From positions 31,992,001-32,056,000 of the forward strand of contig OZ076409.1 in the NCBI GenBank assembly GCA_964187785.1: a DNA stretch of 64,000 nt, in the 5' to 3' direction. A program made the position numbers and the translations under genes. Numbering within the stretch: the stretch's first letter is position 1; each line of letters begins with the position of its first letter. This document shows, in pieces, positions 51,049-62,345 of this stretch. Source of the stretch: Amphiscolops sp. MND2022. Taxonomy: Eukaryota. The notes under the pieces were generated by a model. It did no database searches. It saw only the letters and a program-made list of their open reading frames with translations, and was not told where the DNA came from.

Positions 51049-53700
51049 ACTGAATACAACTGCCCCGATTGTTCGTACAAGTCGAATCGACGCACGAATT
51101 TTGAGAGGCACCAAAAAACTTGCGGTACGAAGCAGCCGCCAAACAAAGCCTGTCCCCGTTGCAAGAGGGCCTTTGCCACCCCTGTAACCCCCAAGCGGCA
51201 CATCGGGAATGCGGGGTACTGCACGACAGACATAGCCCGAAAAAAAGGAAATTATAGTAAGTAGACCATCTATGTCAACGATTTGCCTGTGAGAAAACGA
51301 AAACATTTTTGTTACTTGGTTTAGCATTCACGATGGTGGAAAAATACTGTTTTTTGGCGGAACTGTTCGATGAGTAGTTTGAATGTTGAACATAAAATTT
51401 CGTAGGAACAGCCGACCCCAGCAAGAAATATCCTTGCACATCCTGTAGTGAAGAATTTGCCCGGAGTGACTTCCTACAGAGACACCTGACACGCTTTCCC
51501 CTCCACAAAGAAAGCGACATGGCAATGACGAGCGAGCCAAGTCGACGGGCGTACGAATGACAAGTCACTTCGTAAAGCACCTAGATGACATGTCGCTTTC
51601 AGAGGAGCCATGGAACTGCTGCAGGTGGGACAATGAGCAAGAATATGAAATTGGCATGGTCATGAAAGCATTTTCTCGTAGCCAGCCAATACTGTGGAAG
51701 AACGGGGCAGTGAACTAGCGAGGTTTGAAGCTCCCAGTTTTGCCCGCTGAGGACTTCCTCAACCAAGTAGAGTTCTTGCTGCAGCACGTGGCTATTCCTA
51801 CAGCGAAGCTTGCTGCAAAGTCATCACGACTACCACCTGACCAACAGGTGAACATATACCGCCATTCTTTGTACTTTTCGAATTTCACAAACTTTTTTTA
51901 AAAATTATAGCGTTTTACCATTAGTGGTAAACGGTATTGTATATGTTGAACCAAAACTTATTGAGATTTAGTATCCCTTTGACATCGTTCGCAGCGAATT
52001 CCACAGTAAGTTATCTAAACATTGGTAAAGTAATTTCAGAGGAGTATGCTTGAAATATAGATTTTTTGAATTTTAGGTCAGGTCTTTAGCAGTGAGCGAG
52101 TACATGGAGTACCTCTGCAGCGCCAACGGGGACATTTCCTGTCAATGTCATTGACATTTCACTTGAACGGAATGTATGTTTTTTTTAATCATATCTTGGA
52201 ACGGCTCATATTGGAAAAAATTAGTCTTTGAATTTGGTGTCTTTACAGTGACAAAAGTCAGTGAAATACATGATGCACTCTTATGTTTTTCAAATTTTTA
52301 GCAACCAAATGGATTTTGAAAATGGCGACCAACGTACGGAGTCTTTGTTCTGAAACCGTTTGCTGATGTCTTGTCGTTTTGCTTCAGTTTTTTCAAGTAC
52401 CGGATTTCGTCAGACACTGTGCGGCCGATCATCTGGCAGATGTGTGTGTGGATGTAGCAGGGCACATCGCCGAGGCTACATCCAATTATTTGCTGGTCTC
52501 AAACGACTTTTCTAACACGGCTGCCTTTTATACTCTCGCCCGAGGGCAGAAGATCCTCTGGCTGGTGGAGCCGACAAATGCCACTTTACAGCTCTTTGAG
52601 GAGTGGAGCAATAACCCCACAAACAGGTAAATGTACTCAAATCATGTACTTAAAACATGCTCATCGCGAAGTCATCATTTTGAGAAGAGCAAACTATCAA
52701 TCAAACACATGATTCAAAATCATTGAACCAGTTGTTTCGTTTATATGTATAATAATTTGTCTTTATTTAGTCCAACTTCCTTCCATTCTCAAGGTCATCA
52801 TTTTGAGAAGAACACATTCTCAATCAAGCACAAGATGCAAAATCATTGAACCAGTTGTTTCGTTTATATGTATAATAGTTCGTTTTTATTTAGACCTTCT
52901 TCTTTTGGGAACCTGAAAGCGCTGAAAGATGGGGTCCACGAACTTGTGATGGAAGCAGGCGACATCCCGGTTTTGCCTGCACGCTGGCCACACGTAGTTG
53001 CGACAAAAGGCGACTCCATTGCTTTTGGCTCCAACTTCCTCGCTGTTACACATTTCCCTCTGATTGTGGACAGCCATTTCAATGCCCGTCAGCAAGAAAT
53101 TGATGACGAAGAGGTTTTTCCTGGAGTTGTTCGTATTTATGCTGTGTTATAGTTTAAAATACGACAACTCCAGCGGATACTCAATTCCCTGAGAGGATCA
53201 TGGAGCCCCCTCTTCTCAAGCCAACAACTTACGCTTCTCAAAGAGCAGATCAGCAGTGAGCTCGACGCCATCAAAATGGTAATGAATGTTTGTTAATAAT
53301 GAATGGGAACTGATTATGTAGGAAAAATAAATCATCTCTTCCACACACTGGGTTGTGAAGTACGAAATGTATTGGTTCTGGTTTCGAAACGTTTAACAAT
53401 TTCATTGTCTTTTCTTCAAATAAAAATGCAATTTTGCACGTTTCTTTTTGAATTCGCTCTACTCAACATTGTCAATGCCTTTTGTTACCAGGTGTATCCA
53501 GCTTTCAATTTGCATCAACTGGGACTGAGGGATCCAGAGAAGCCCTATCGCGACCCAAAAAGGCCAGTGTACGCCTTCACAGAGACAATAAAGGAAGTGC
53601 GAATTGGACCATTGCACCAGGCCGAAATCCCCGAAGCAATGCAGAAGACCAGCACACGTGACCGCAGCATCCTTCAAAAGGAAACATACCCCGAACATAC
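51049..53700 (+). pseudogene. Spliced gene: 3 C2H2-like zinc fingers, KDM2/KDM7-like JmjC domain, start of ELM2; disrupted and truncated
   Basis: Exons ~51049-51256, 51406-51847, 52077-52173, 52388-52626, 52894-53278, 53492-~53700 have GT-AG ends and compatible phases. CPDCSYKSNRRTNFERH; YPCTSCSEEFARSDFLQRH; PILWKNG..*RGLKLP; FYTLARGQKILWLVEPT...LFEEWS; LPARWPHVVATKGDSIAFGSNFL; EVRIGPLHQAEIPE. Stops at ~51717 and 53150. Confidence 0.78.
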
Positions 53701-54135
53701 CCCTTTTGAATTGGTTTGCAAGTGTGTAAGGATTTGTTTGTGGAATCCACTGCCAATGTATTGGTATACGTTAGTCGATTATACATATTGCTTTTCGCAG
53801 GATAAAGAATACTTTCCAGAATAGTGGAAACCACTCCATTAGAAAATAAATTCTATTTAGAACTTATAGTTCACTGAATGTACCCCCTTTGAATTGGTTT
53901 GCAAATGTTTAAGCATTTGTTTGTGGAATCCACTGTCAATGTATTGTTATACGTTAATCGATTCCACAAATCACTTTCCGCAGGATGAAGAATCCTTTCC
54001 AGAATAGTGGAATCCACTGCAAAAGATAATTAATTCAATTTAGAACTAAGAATTCACTGAATGTACCCTTCTTGAATTGGTATGCAAATGTATAAAGATT
54101 TGTTTGTGGAATCCACTGCCAATGTATTTGCATAT
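53690..54135. repeat. Inverted array of the same ~180-bp GTGGAATCCAC repeat
   Basis: 53878-53945 is a near-exact reverse complement of 45807-45870. Confidence 0.85.
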
Positions 54136-54504
54136 GTTTGTCATATCCACCTACCGTTTCTGGTTTTCACCTACCGATGCCATCAGATTTATTAGACCGT
54201 TTGTACCGAAAGTTTTGAAAGTGCCACAACCTAAGTAACAAATCAGTAATACGCATGTGGAATACGCATTACTTGAAATTATCTACTGGAGACTTTCTCA
54301 AGAATGTAGTCACAAGTAAAAAAAAATTTCGACATCATTTACTGTAACAAGGACAATATTACTGTAACAATCGATTTAAGAAAAAAGAACTTTAATAGAA
54401 CAAAACCAACAGAAATACTATTCAGTTTTTTATGGTAACAAAACAGACGTTTTTTGGAGACCTAATCGCACACTTACTCACGGTGGATACCAAAAATGCT
54501 ACCC

Positions 54505-55790
54505 CTATTGGTCAACAAAGTATTCAATGTGCGCATGTTGGGTGTTATGTCTAAAGCTTTGTCGATGATCTTCAAGATTTTTGTGGTGACCTTCGGTTGT
54601 AGTTATGTGGCATCTGATTGAGAACATCATAAAGTCGCGCTGTTCCGTGATTTTCAAAGTCTTGATCAATGTGGCAGGCTCATCTTCAAGCACATCTGCA
54701 ATGATGTCCCAGTTCTTGCCCAATATAGAATCTAAGCTGTTATAGCTTCCCAAGTTTCCCGTTTCAACTTCCAATAAAAACTTCACGGTTTCTTTGCTTG
54801 AGTGCGACTTGAACCCAAAGACACGTTTTGTGAGCTCCGTTGCAGGGATCATATTTGTCACAGTTGATGATTTCTTAAACGACAAACCAACACATCTCTT
54901 GATTGTCGAAAAGACTGCAAACGTTCTATCAACACCGTTATCAAGAGTGAAAAAGTTTAATCCCACGTTTTCGAAATTCCGAGTTTTTCAACGAACAGTT
55001 GTTGACCGGCATCCTAAGGTCGCAGTCTTCATCGTTCACGGATACCATTATTGCAAATGGTTTCAACTTCTGCGCACTATAGTATAAATCTTCAACTTTG
55101 AATTCCATTCCAGACAAAGTAATGATGGATCCTTCGACAAATTCCATTGACACATGGTACATAACTTAATTTGACATCAACATCGATTTTCGGGATCAAT
55201 GTTGAAAAATCTATTTCCGGTATTTGTGTTTTAGTTCTTTTCTGTTTTGGTTCTTCCCGATGTTCCTGCCTCGTCTCTTCAGCTTTCTCGTTGTCTTCCG
55301 CTTTCTCATCGTGAACATGGATGTCTTCCACTGAGTTCTTCAAATAACAATAGGGGATAAATCTAAACATTTCGTCCATCTCCACGACACACTCATGGGT
55401 AAATGGGTCATTCGTCGAATTAGTTCTCGTTTGAATTTTTCCATGGGAATCAATAAAACAATGCCCCACACAATCACATTCGGGTAGCAAGAATGTCACG
55501 GGCTCGTTTTTTTTGCCGCCAGTTTGTGTTATACGACAGGGGTTTAGAACGCTTCTTCGACATGACTGGTTGCGAATGTCGATCTTTTCTAGTGTTCCAC
55601 CTATTTGGGTCAGTACGCAATTCTACAGGAATTCCTATTGCCTGCAGACGATTGTTCCAGTCGATCCATTGGATTTTCAGAGATCTAATGACTTATGAAC
55701 GCTATTATCTTCGCAGACTCCCAAATATAAGTTTCGGGGTGGAGGATTTGAACAACTTCGTATAGTTTAAAAGCTTGCAAAAGCATTGTA
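54505..55790 (-). pseudogene. Frameshifted gene with a putative N-terminal Tudor/chromo-barrel-like domain; remainder unknown
   Basis: KLYEVVQILHPETYIWESAKIIAF/IRSLKIQWIDWNNR resembles Tudor-knot/Agenet patterns; ORFs 55685-55888, 55092-55499, 54941-55162 and 54505-54966 join by frameshifts. Confidence 0.45.
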
Positions 55791-56244
55791 GTGGAGTTTA
55801 AAATTGACCGCAACGGGAAGAAACACGTGAGCTTCCTCTGAGCACAAACTATTCGAATTTGTGCAAAGTGATTACCAGGTGCCAACACAAAAACTGCGCA
55901 AAAGTGAGGCTAATTTCACGGTGATGGACCTAAAAAAGGTGTCATTCCTTTCGAGCGCCTAATAAAAGAATTATCACTAGGAATTAATTTATCTAGTGAG
56001 TGTTAGTATGTTCAAATAGGTATTTGAGTCATGGAAAGACTCAATCACCGTATTAATCTGATAACACTTACTAGTTAAAGCTATTAATTTAGTCACCGTG
56101 AGTGTGCAATATGTGAAATCGACTCTTCTGCTGTTTAGTAAAATGACGCTTTTCCAAAAAAACTATTAACATTTTAATTTCTTTTTACATCATAATGTTG
56201 ATTCATTCATTGAAATCCATTGTCAATATTTGAGCTCCAAGGTT

Positions 56245-58010
56245 ATGAATAATTCCAGCATGCCTGACAAAAATTCAACTCTCGAATTGACACTCTTGTG
56301 TCCATCTCAGACTTCTACGCCTGTGCAATACTCACATCAACGATCTACCGACTGGAATCTGCCACCTAGAAAATTTACTGCGGAATGCTCACAATCTGAC
56401 ACAGATTCCTTTGCCGCCTCAGAACCTCTTGCAACAGACCCTCCGTCGCGGAATTTACTGCCTCACCAGAACGATGCCACCAGAGCAATGAGCCCCCGAA
56501 TAATGTGTCACCCCATATCAATGAGCTACCCGAGAAGCGTCCAAATGACTCCCAGTGCAGTGAGGATAGTTTAAGTAATAGCCAATCCAAATGCGCGAAA
56601 GTTACTTACATTGACAACAACGTGTACGAAAGCACGTTGACTAAACATGTGAAGGCATCGAAAGAAGACGTGGGACTAGTACAAAAAGCTAAGTTCTTTC
56701 GATGCATAATTACAACCCTGTTCCATTTTGCGGTACCACCTATGCTTGAAAGTTCCATCAGGAATGTCCCGGTACACTCAGTTGTGCAAATCGTGATGGA
56801 TCACGAAGAAAATTCATTGAGTGACTCCCTCAATATCTGTGTGGAACACATAATTGGATCAACGGAACGAACAGTTCACAAAGTACACGGAAATCTTGTT
56901 GAAGCATTCAAAGTATATTCTACACAAACTCGGCCATATTTTGTTACCAACGACACCAAATTAGCCATTGTTCGATACGAAAAAGACGACAAACGTCCAA
57001 TTAATACAGAGTTATTCTTAGTGAATTCAATTGGTTGAAAGGACTCCCACGTTATATCTGTTGTGGATCTTTTCATTTCATGCAAAAAAGCAGAAAAAAA
57101 AGAACAAAATACATTGAAAAGTAAAGTCGCGGAACTGATGCCACTTTCCAATGACCCCTGCCTCAAAATCGCCAAGCTGAAACATGCAATGACTTTGGTT
57201 CTTTCGAATGTCGAAGGTTTCGACAGAGATGAGGTGAGAAACGCTGTTCGCGCCCGCCAAGACCAGCAAAGGTACACTCGCCAGTCAGCCAGGGCATTGA
57301 TATACTTTGAACACGTTTCTGGAAAAGTTGCTACTAACTGTCTTGAGTCGAGAGTGGCGGCAATTTTCCAGCGACAAAAGTGGACTTCGCTAGAGGATAA
57401 AAACCATGACGTGAAAAAACTGACAGCGCAGTTATTGATTCTCTCTAACAACCAGTCAATTAGAAAAACCTCGCAGATACCTGAGAGCAGTAGAAATTGG
57501 TGTGCTGGACTGGCCCAAAACTTGCCGTATGAAAAACAAATTATGTTGTCGCAACGTGGCGAGACGCAGCTCTGGCCTGGAATCTGTTTTGCCAAAAAGA
57601 CAAAATTTGGGAGATGTGTGATTGCCCTACAGAAATTTTCAAAGGACGACATTTTAATGGATTACCATGGCGAGGTGTATTTGAACGTGTCATTGAGCCA
57701 GGTCTTCGAGAAAGAAGGTGTGGAACAGGAGTTCGTTCTGGAGGTTAAAAGTGGCGCCTCTAGAAGAACCACTGATGCCTCGAAAGAGATTTGCCCCTTC
57801 ACCCAATTATTCGCAGCCCTGGACGCCTTGCCAACCACTCGCAGTTGAAATCAAACGGCGCCAACATGAAGCCTATATTGATTGAGTTGTTTCAAAATGG
57901 CAATAAGATTGTAGTGTTCCTCAAACGTTCTACCATTTGAGCAGCTCCGTTTTGATTACAATGACCCTATTGCCAATCAGTTTTTTCAGGAACGTGATGA
58001 TTCCCAGCCG
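56245..58010 (+). pseudogene. Tyrosine-recombinase-like domain fused to a PR-Set7/SETD8-like SET domain, frameshifted
   Basis: SET: GRCVIALQKFSKDDILMDYHGEV, DASKE...GRLANHSQ, EQLRFDYND (cf. GRGVIATKQFSRGDFVVEYHGDL, GRLINHSK, EELLYDYGD). Upstream YR-like boxes MLESSIRN, VEH, LFLVNSIG, KLKHAMT, QQRY. SET is confident; YR is weaker. Confidence 0.75.
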
Positions 58011-58809
58011 ATATTTGACTGATGGAATCGTCAGAACACTCCGTTTTCAAAACAATTATCTTTTTGTTGTTGTGTATTCGTTTGTTCTTTACTTTCGTTT
58101 TAATTTCACTTGCGATTTTGTATTTAAACACTGATTGCTACAGATACAAATGTTTTTTTTTCGTAACACTGGAACAAAACACCGTGAATAACAATTTCAG
58201 TGAATCCTTGCAACGTCTTCTTCACCTAAATCTAGATGAGGGTAAAGATAATGATAGAGATTAATAATTTGATTTCCATTCATCTTTTGGCTTGTAGTTT
58301 ATTTTGAAAGTTTGGTATCCACCATGTGTTAATTGAAAACGAAAACTAGTTATACCTAAAATACACGGAGAAGCTGTGGGTGAAATTTTGATATCAACTC
58401 TCTTGATGTAATAAATTCTGAAGTAGCGTCACATTCAGCGTGCAATTTGACTAACAGTGATTTGACGCTACTTTTAAATATACTAGATGACTAAAGTTGA
58501 ATTTGTAGAATGGTAGAATTGATAAGGTCCCCGTTGCAGTCTGCTTGGAAGTATGATTCAATCAAAGAATGAAAAAAAAAACAAGTCAAACTAAAGTGGT
58601 AAAGCGGTGCGTGTATCAAAATAAATTGATTGACAAAAACTCTGTAGTAATAATTTTGAACCAAATGAAAAAAATCTGAATTTTGCTTTTTGTGACACTT
58701 GCTGACTCTGAAAATGTTCCTCATTCTCAAAACTGAACACGTGAAGGAAACACTTTTAGGCACTGAAGTACATGAACTCCACTTCTTTTCGTTGCGTTGC
58801 TTCGTTACC

Positions 58810-59215
58810 TCCTGTCCCTTGTGAAGATGAGAGGTGCTCCCAGGCATTCCAATGACTCAATCGGTTGATAATAGATGTCCGCATACTACACTATTTGCAG
58901 AAAAGACGTTGAAATACGTCTCGAGAGGGTCGAAATTTTTTTTAGCGGGTGTAGCGTAACGAAAATCACACGGCGTGTTGATATTGATGCGGTAAGGTGA
59001 AAAATAGTCGTTTACGGCCGCTGGGATAGCTATTTGGAACACCAGAGGTTTTTTTGGTTTTTAAGTTTTACAAATGTTTCAATTAACTGCTCGAATGGGT
59101 AGTGAACGCAATGTAAGCGTCGGATTTGGTTCAAAAACGGCCATTCGTCTGTGTGGTGTGTTTTTGCCATTTTACAAAGAGTATCGTACCAATCGAAACA
59201 AAATTTGATAGTCAT
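58810..59215 (-). pseudogene. Putative JmjN/JmjC (KDM4/KDM5-like) fragment
   Basis: YPFEQLIETFVKL...GVFQIAIP (JmjN-like) followed by VIGMPGSTSHLHK (cf. YVGM.FS.F.WH.ED); frameshifts and a stop. Confidence 0.4.
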
Positions 59216-61049
59216 TGCCAGTGAGTACTCACAAAGTTGTTGGAGTAGTCTAATGGATGCACGGGTGTTTCGGTGAGGTTCCGACTAGGTACTGTCACAG
59301 CCCCAGCGGTGCTGCGAGGAAATATATCAGTTGAGAACGCTTGAGGAGGAAAGTGGAGAAGATGACTAAAATAACAACATAAGAACCTGAAAGAGCTAAA
59401 CCAACAAACGTCCACTAACACATAGAACAAATAAATAGTTATTTAAATATTATTAATAAATTTATCCCAGTGCAGTACCTAAAATACATGAATATGTAAA
59501 TACCTAAATAATATTAAAAGCTATAAAGATGATTTGTATACAGTAAAATGGCCGGTGCGACGAGCGGAAGTAATCCAACCAGCATACCGACTAGCTTACT
59601 GTCTCAATAACAGCGGAGCTAAACGAATCAATTTTCATTCTCTCATAAATCAACCAATCAGCGATTAGCGCAAATGAACAGCGCTAGCGGAGTAGTCATC
59701 CTAGTCAATTCTCCAATCGACCGAAATCTGGGACGACCGCCCAGTCGCTCGACTGAATAATTGATAAAGATGGCTTAGATAATCAACATTCTGTGGTAAC
59801 CGTAATACTATCCCAGCTCAAAAGAAGCTGAATTACGATAGAATATTCATGAAAACGATAGAATAATTACCTAATGATGTGAAATTGATGCTAACGAACA
59901 GACTTAATACTTCTAATTTTGAGTCAACCACCCAGGCAACCTTCCAACCATACAATTTTGAAATTAACTCCCATTACCTATATTACTGTCCTAAAGATTT
60001 ATTACGATCAATGTACAATGTATAATACATATACGGTCCTAATCGAATTTGTAAAACGTTAAAAAGATGAATAGTAGTGAAATGTGCCGTAATGCTATTG
60101 ATGAGATAGCAAGTGTGAAATATATTTGTCTGAATCCAAAATGACACCCCAGTCTCCTCCCCGACAATCTAAACTTTATTTTTTCGCAGAAGTGATGGAA
60201 CCATTCGATTTAAGGATGTACACTATTTACACCCATCGATGCGGTATTACCAGTCCCTTGTTACGTATTAACAACTCTAATATGCTGTTCTGTTAAATGT
60301 TTTACTAATAGTGAAATTTGTTCAAGCAATTCTGAGTCAACACTCTAGTCAACCGTTCAGTCAACTTAGACTAGAACGAGCTACCAGAGGTGCGACCAAG
60401 ATAATTAATTGTCCAATCAGTGTAAAAATGTTGGTGCTGAGGAGTACTTAATTAATATTCAAATTGGAAAATGTACTTATTTCATATTTTGTGATACCGG
60501 TGATTAATTCCCATTTTTGTTTCGATTTAAACTCAGTACTTTTCCCGCGTCAGTTGCTAGGTCCATGAACTTTCATTGCCAACTTTGAACTCGGCGTCAC
60601 AAATTGGCGGGAAACGAAGGAGAAGGAATGCGGAATCAGGACTTCGGGAGCAAGTGAATTCCCACTTTTCTTGAAGTGAGATGAAGCTGAATGTCGAGGC
60701 TTGAGGAACCTTTCCTAATTCGGATTTTCCCGCCTTGGAAAGAAGCCGAGTGGAACGAGGTGTGAGTTCACGCACGAGATTTATCTCGCGTGTCTAGCGA
60801 AAAGTATAAATATACCTGACGCTGGTTAAGAGTGTTAATTGTTGAATTTTGTTAGGATGAATCTAACTTGAAGCAGTTTTACCCTTTGAAAGATCACACC
60901 TTTGAAACTATCAGTGATCTCATTTCAGCATTTTGTATCAACATTGTTTGTTAATTTGCCAACGTCCAGTTGTTTGTATTTTGTTGTTCATCTTGATCAA
61001 GTGAACTTGTCTTTTGTTGAAGTTGGAACTTCTTTGATGAAGTTGGAAC

Positions 61050-62345
61050 TTGTTAATTAATTCAAATCTTGATAACCAGATAGTTTCCGTCGATATGCTC
61101 GAACGGTCTCTGAAAAGCAAACCGAGAAGAGATCCACCAGAGGACCATGAGTTGGCTGAAGAGTCCATTTTGCAGACTGACGACAACAATTGTATCTCAG
61201 AGCAGGACTTCGAAGTAAAGTTGGAAATAAAGTGTCTAAGCGTTTGAGAGATACCGAACATTGTCAGAGAGAAATCCTTAAATTGATAGAGAACTTATCA
61301 GCAAAGGTAGATCGTTTGTGTAATTCGATATCAATCATCGGAACCTAACTACCTTAACTCTAGAACCGAAATCAACGGTAATTTGCAAGATATTTCGATA
61401 TCCGAACACATCGATATTCCCGGACCAAGTATGAGTACTCCAACATGGTGACAGAAGTATCAACCAACCAACAGGAAAACAACCATCAACGATCATTAAG
61501 CCTGCCACCTCCAAACCAGAGGTACCCCGATGATATCATTGACAATTTACTACAATCGTTGCAAACGGCAACTAACTGCAACTCCGTTGTCCCCAGGCGA
61601 CCCAAGGCCATGTCTACCACCATGCCAACATTCGACGGTAAAACAGACAAATTTGAGGACTTTGAGGACCTTTTTCGAGCAAGCCTACGGTATACCCGAA
61701 CATCACAGAAGAAGGAAAAATACATTATTTCCATTTCACCCTGAAGGTCGAAGCGTTGCAAACATTCAGGAATATGACTGAAGCAACACGAGGACACCTC
61801 AACGACATCCTCGCAGGCTTCTGCCGCCGATACTTGAGACAACAATCAGTGCCAACAGCCCGCTGCAAATGGGAAAACTTGTCATTCAACCGAAGCCAAC
61901 AAACATTCCCAGATTTCTTAGAGCAGTATCAGAAGTTGGCCCAGGAGGCTTTCGGAGAGGATGCCCCCCGCTTCATAGAGACCTCCTTCTATGCCAAGAT
62001 GCCAACCCACCTCAAGAGGGTTTTAAGCCAAGCCCGACTCCAAGCAGAATCATACGAAGCCATGGTACAATACCTTGAGAGAAATCGAACTGAACGGACT
62101 GGCCACTACTGACAGCCCATCAATTACAGGGGTACACAACCTCGAACCAAACCTACAACAACAAGAGAAACATCCCAAAACAACGGGAACATGTTTCGGG
62201 TGTGGCAACACAGGACACTTGCTACGAAACTGTCGCAAGTCCAAGAGGGACAAACGATCCCAGAGGAACCAAAACCCAAGCTACACTGTGTGAAACTTGC
62301 GGAAAATGAGCCATGAGACCAAAGAATGCTACTAGGGAGCAAACT
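61050..62345 (+). pseudogene. Ty3/Gypsy gag, frameshifted
   Basis: MPTFDGKTDKFEDFEDLF; QQTFPDFLEQYQKLAQEAFG; CFGCGNTGHLLRNC and CETCGKMSHETKEC knuckles. The non-coding 59.5-61.0 kb region is probably LTR/leader. Confidence 0.85.

Noticed and set aside
41880-59400. Endogenous giant virus or Polinton interpretation of the island
   Set aside because: No capsid, packaging ATPase, PolB or other viral core gene seen, and the JmjC gene has spliceosomal introns; a transposon origin fits better, though it is unproven.
41730-59520. Exact TIRs and TSD for the whole island
   Set aside because: I could not find matching CAC-starting termini or a TSD by eye, so the boundaries are approximate.
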